64,000 nt of DNA from a virus (Duplodnaviria > Caudoviricetes), in IMG/VR virus record IMGVR_UViG_3300037247_001786, positions 192,001 through 256,000 of that record. The stretch is one strand, 5' to 3'. This document shows, in pieces, positions 63,414-64,000 of this stretch (positions within the stretch are counted from its first letter, which is position 1; each line of letters starts with the position of its first letter). The translations under genes and the position numbers were made by a program. The notes under the pieces were generated by a model. The model was not told the DNA's origin. It did not search any database and worked only from the letters and a program-made list of their open reading frames with translations.

Positions 63414-64000
63414 ATGGCACGTAGAAGAAAAAAGAAGAAAAAAGTTGTAGGTCAATATGGGGAAGTAGTTTTACCCGATATTAAGGGGGCTATAAAAGCC
63501 ATAGCAAATAGATACAGGCAAAATCTCCCCTCTATGACGATTCTCCTAAACTTTAATGCTTTGGGAAAGAATTTCATCTTTCAGAGACTACACTCTTACC
63601 CCATTGATACCATGAAGCACATCGCCATATCTAATAGTGTTTTATTTACAGCAGAATGGAGTGCGGATGGAGCCAATCAATATAAACTGCCAAAATCTTT
63701 TTTTGAAACAGAAAATAAAAAAGGTAGTAGACGTACCGAGTGGGGGGATGTTAGTAGTTTCTATCCTAGTAAAGATATATCTATAAGCAGTTATATATGG
63801 ACAGATAGTATGGATGTCCAATCTGAAATTAGAATAGATAGTATTAAAAGTATTAATATGTATGGTTGGGGGTTTGAGGTCATAGGAGACATTCTCAGCA
63901 TGATAGCGATAAAAGGGGACTCTGTCATATCTCATTCTCTTAGAGATGTCTCTATGGACACAGTGAACCTCTCTTTTAAATATAGGGATATGGTTGCTGA
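63414..64000 (+). CDS. 5' part of a hypothetical protein (runs off the window end; absent from the ORF track)
   Basis: Open frame MARRRKKKKKVVGQYGEVVLPD... with no stop before 64000. Confidence 0.65.
   Translation, partial: MARRRKKKKKVVGQYGEVVLPDIKGAIKAIANRYRQNLPSMTILLNFNALGKNFIFQRLHSYPIDTMKHIAISNSVLFTAEWSADGANQYKLPKSFFETENKKGSRRTEWGDVSSFYPSKDISISSYIWTDSMDVQSEIRIDSIKSINMYGWGFEVIGDILSMIAIKGDSVISHSLRDVSMDTVNLSFKYRDMVA

Noticed and set aside
1-64000. Stop-codon reassignment, as seen in some large phages
   Set aside because: Conserved genes (recA, uvrD, topA, gmd) are full length in code 11, and TAA, TAG and TGA all end genes at tight junctions.
1-64000. tRNA/rRNA genes and IS elements
   Set aside because: No cloverleaf-like GC-rich segments, transposases or terminal inverted repeats were seen; intergenic gaps are mostly too short.

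Overview
AT-rich, gene-dense, almost entirely + strand window that most likely comes from a large (jumbo) dsDNA bacteriophage. This is inferred from gene content, since no capsid, terminase or tail gene lies in the window. Standard code 11 fits, with TAA, TAG and TGA all used as stops. Layout: (1) 0.2-26.5 kb replication/recombination block mixed with many small ORFans: N4/N6 DNA methyltransferase, an intein-less two-piece DnaE, gp32-like SSB, RecA, DnaG core lacking its Zn-binding domain, PD-(D/E)XK nuclease, tandem SpoVS, Gam-like protein, UvrD, CYTH-DUF488 fusion and an acyl carrier protein. (2) 26.5-29.7 kb nucleotide/RNA-repair-type genes: MBL hydrolase, NADAR and a cyclic-phosphate receiver-like domain. 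(3) 29.7-55.3 kb glycan island with about 15 glycosyltransferase-like genes, NeuA/NeuB, WbpB/D/I-like enzymes, Gmd, a sulfotransferase-like gene and two kinase+methyltransferase pairs, but no evident membrane or export components. (4) 55.3-64 kb: histone-H1-like protein, Pol-beta nucleotidyltransferase, TopA, NDT-like protein and a soluble AAA+/M41 protease. The strongest signals not explained by annotation are a shared C-terminal motif (basic patch then [FW]-D-h-[IL]-D-h-[DE], h = hydrophobic) on 7-8 unrelated ORFs, a recurring AGTGA-N12-TAnnnT promoter class, the split DnaE with a degenerate duplicated palm segment, and a 33-bp direct repeat that duplicates the dnaE-C start. All family calls come from motif recognition by eye; no database searches were run.
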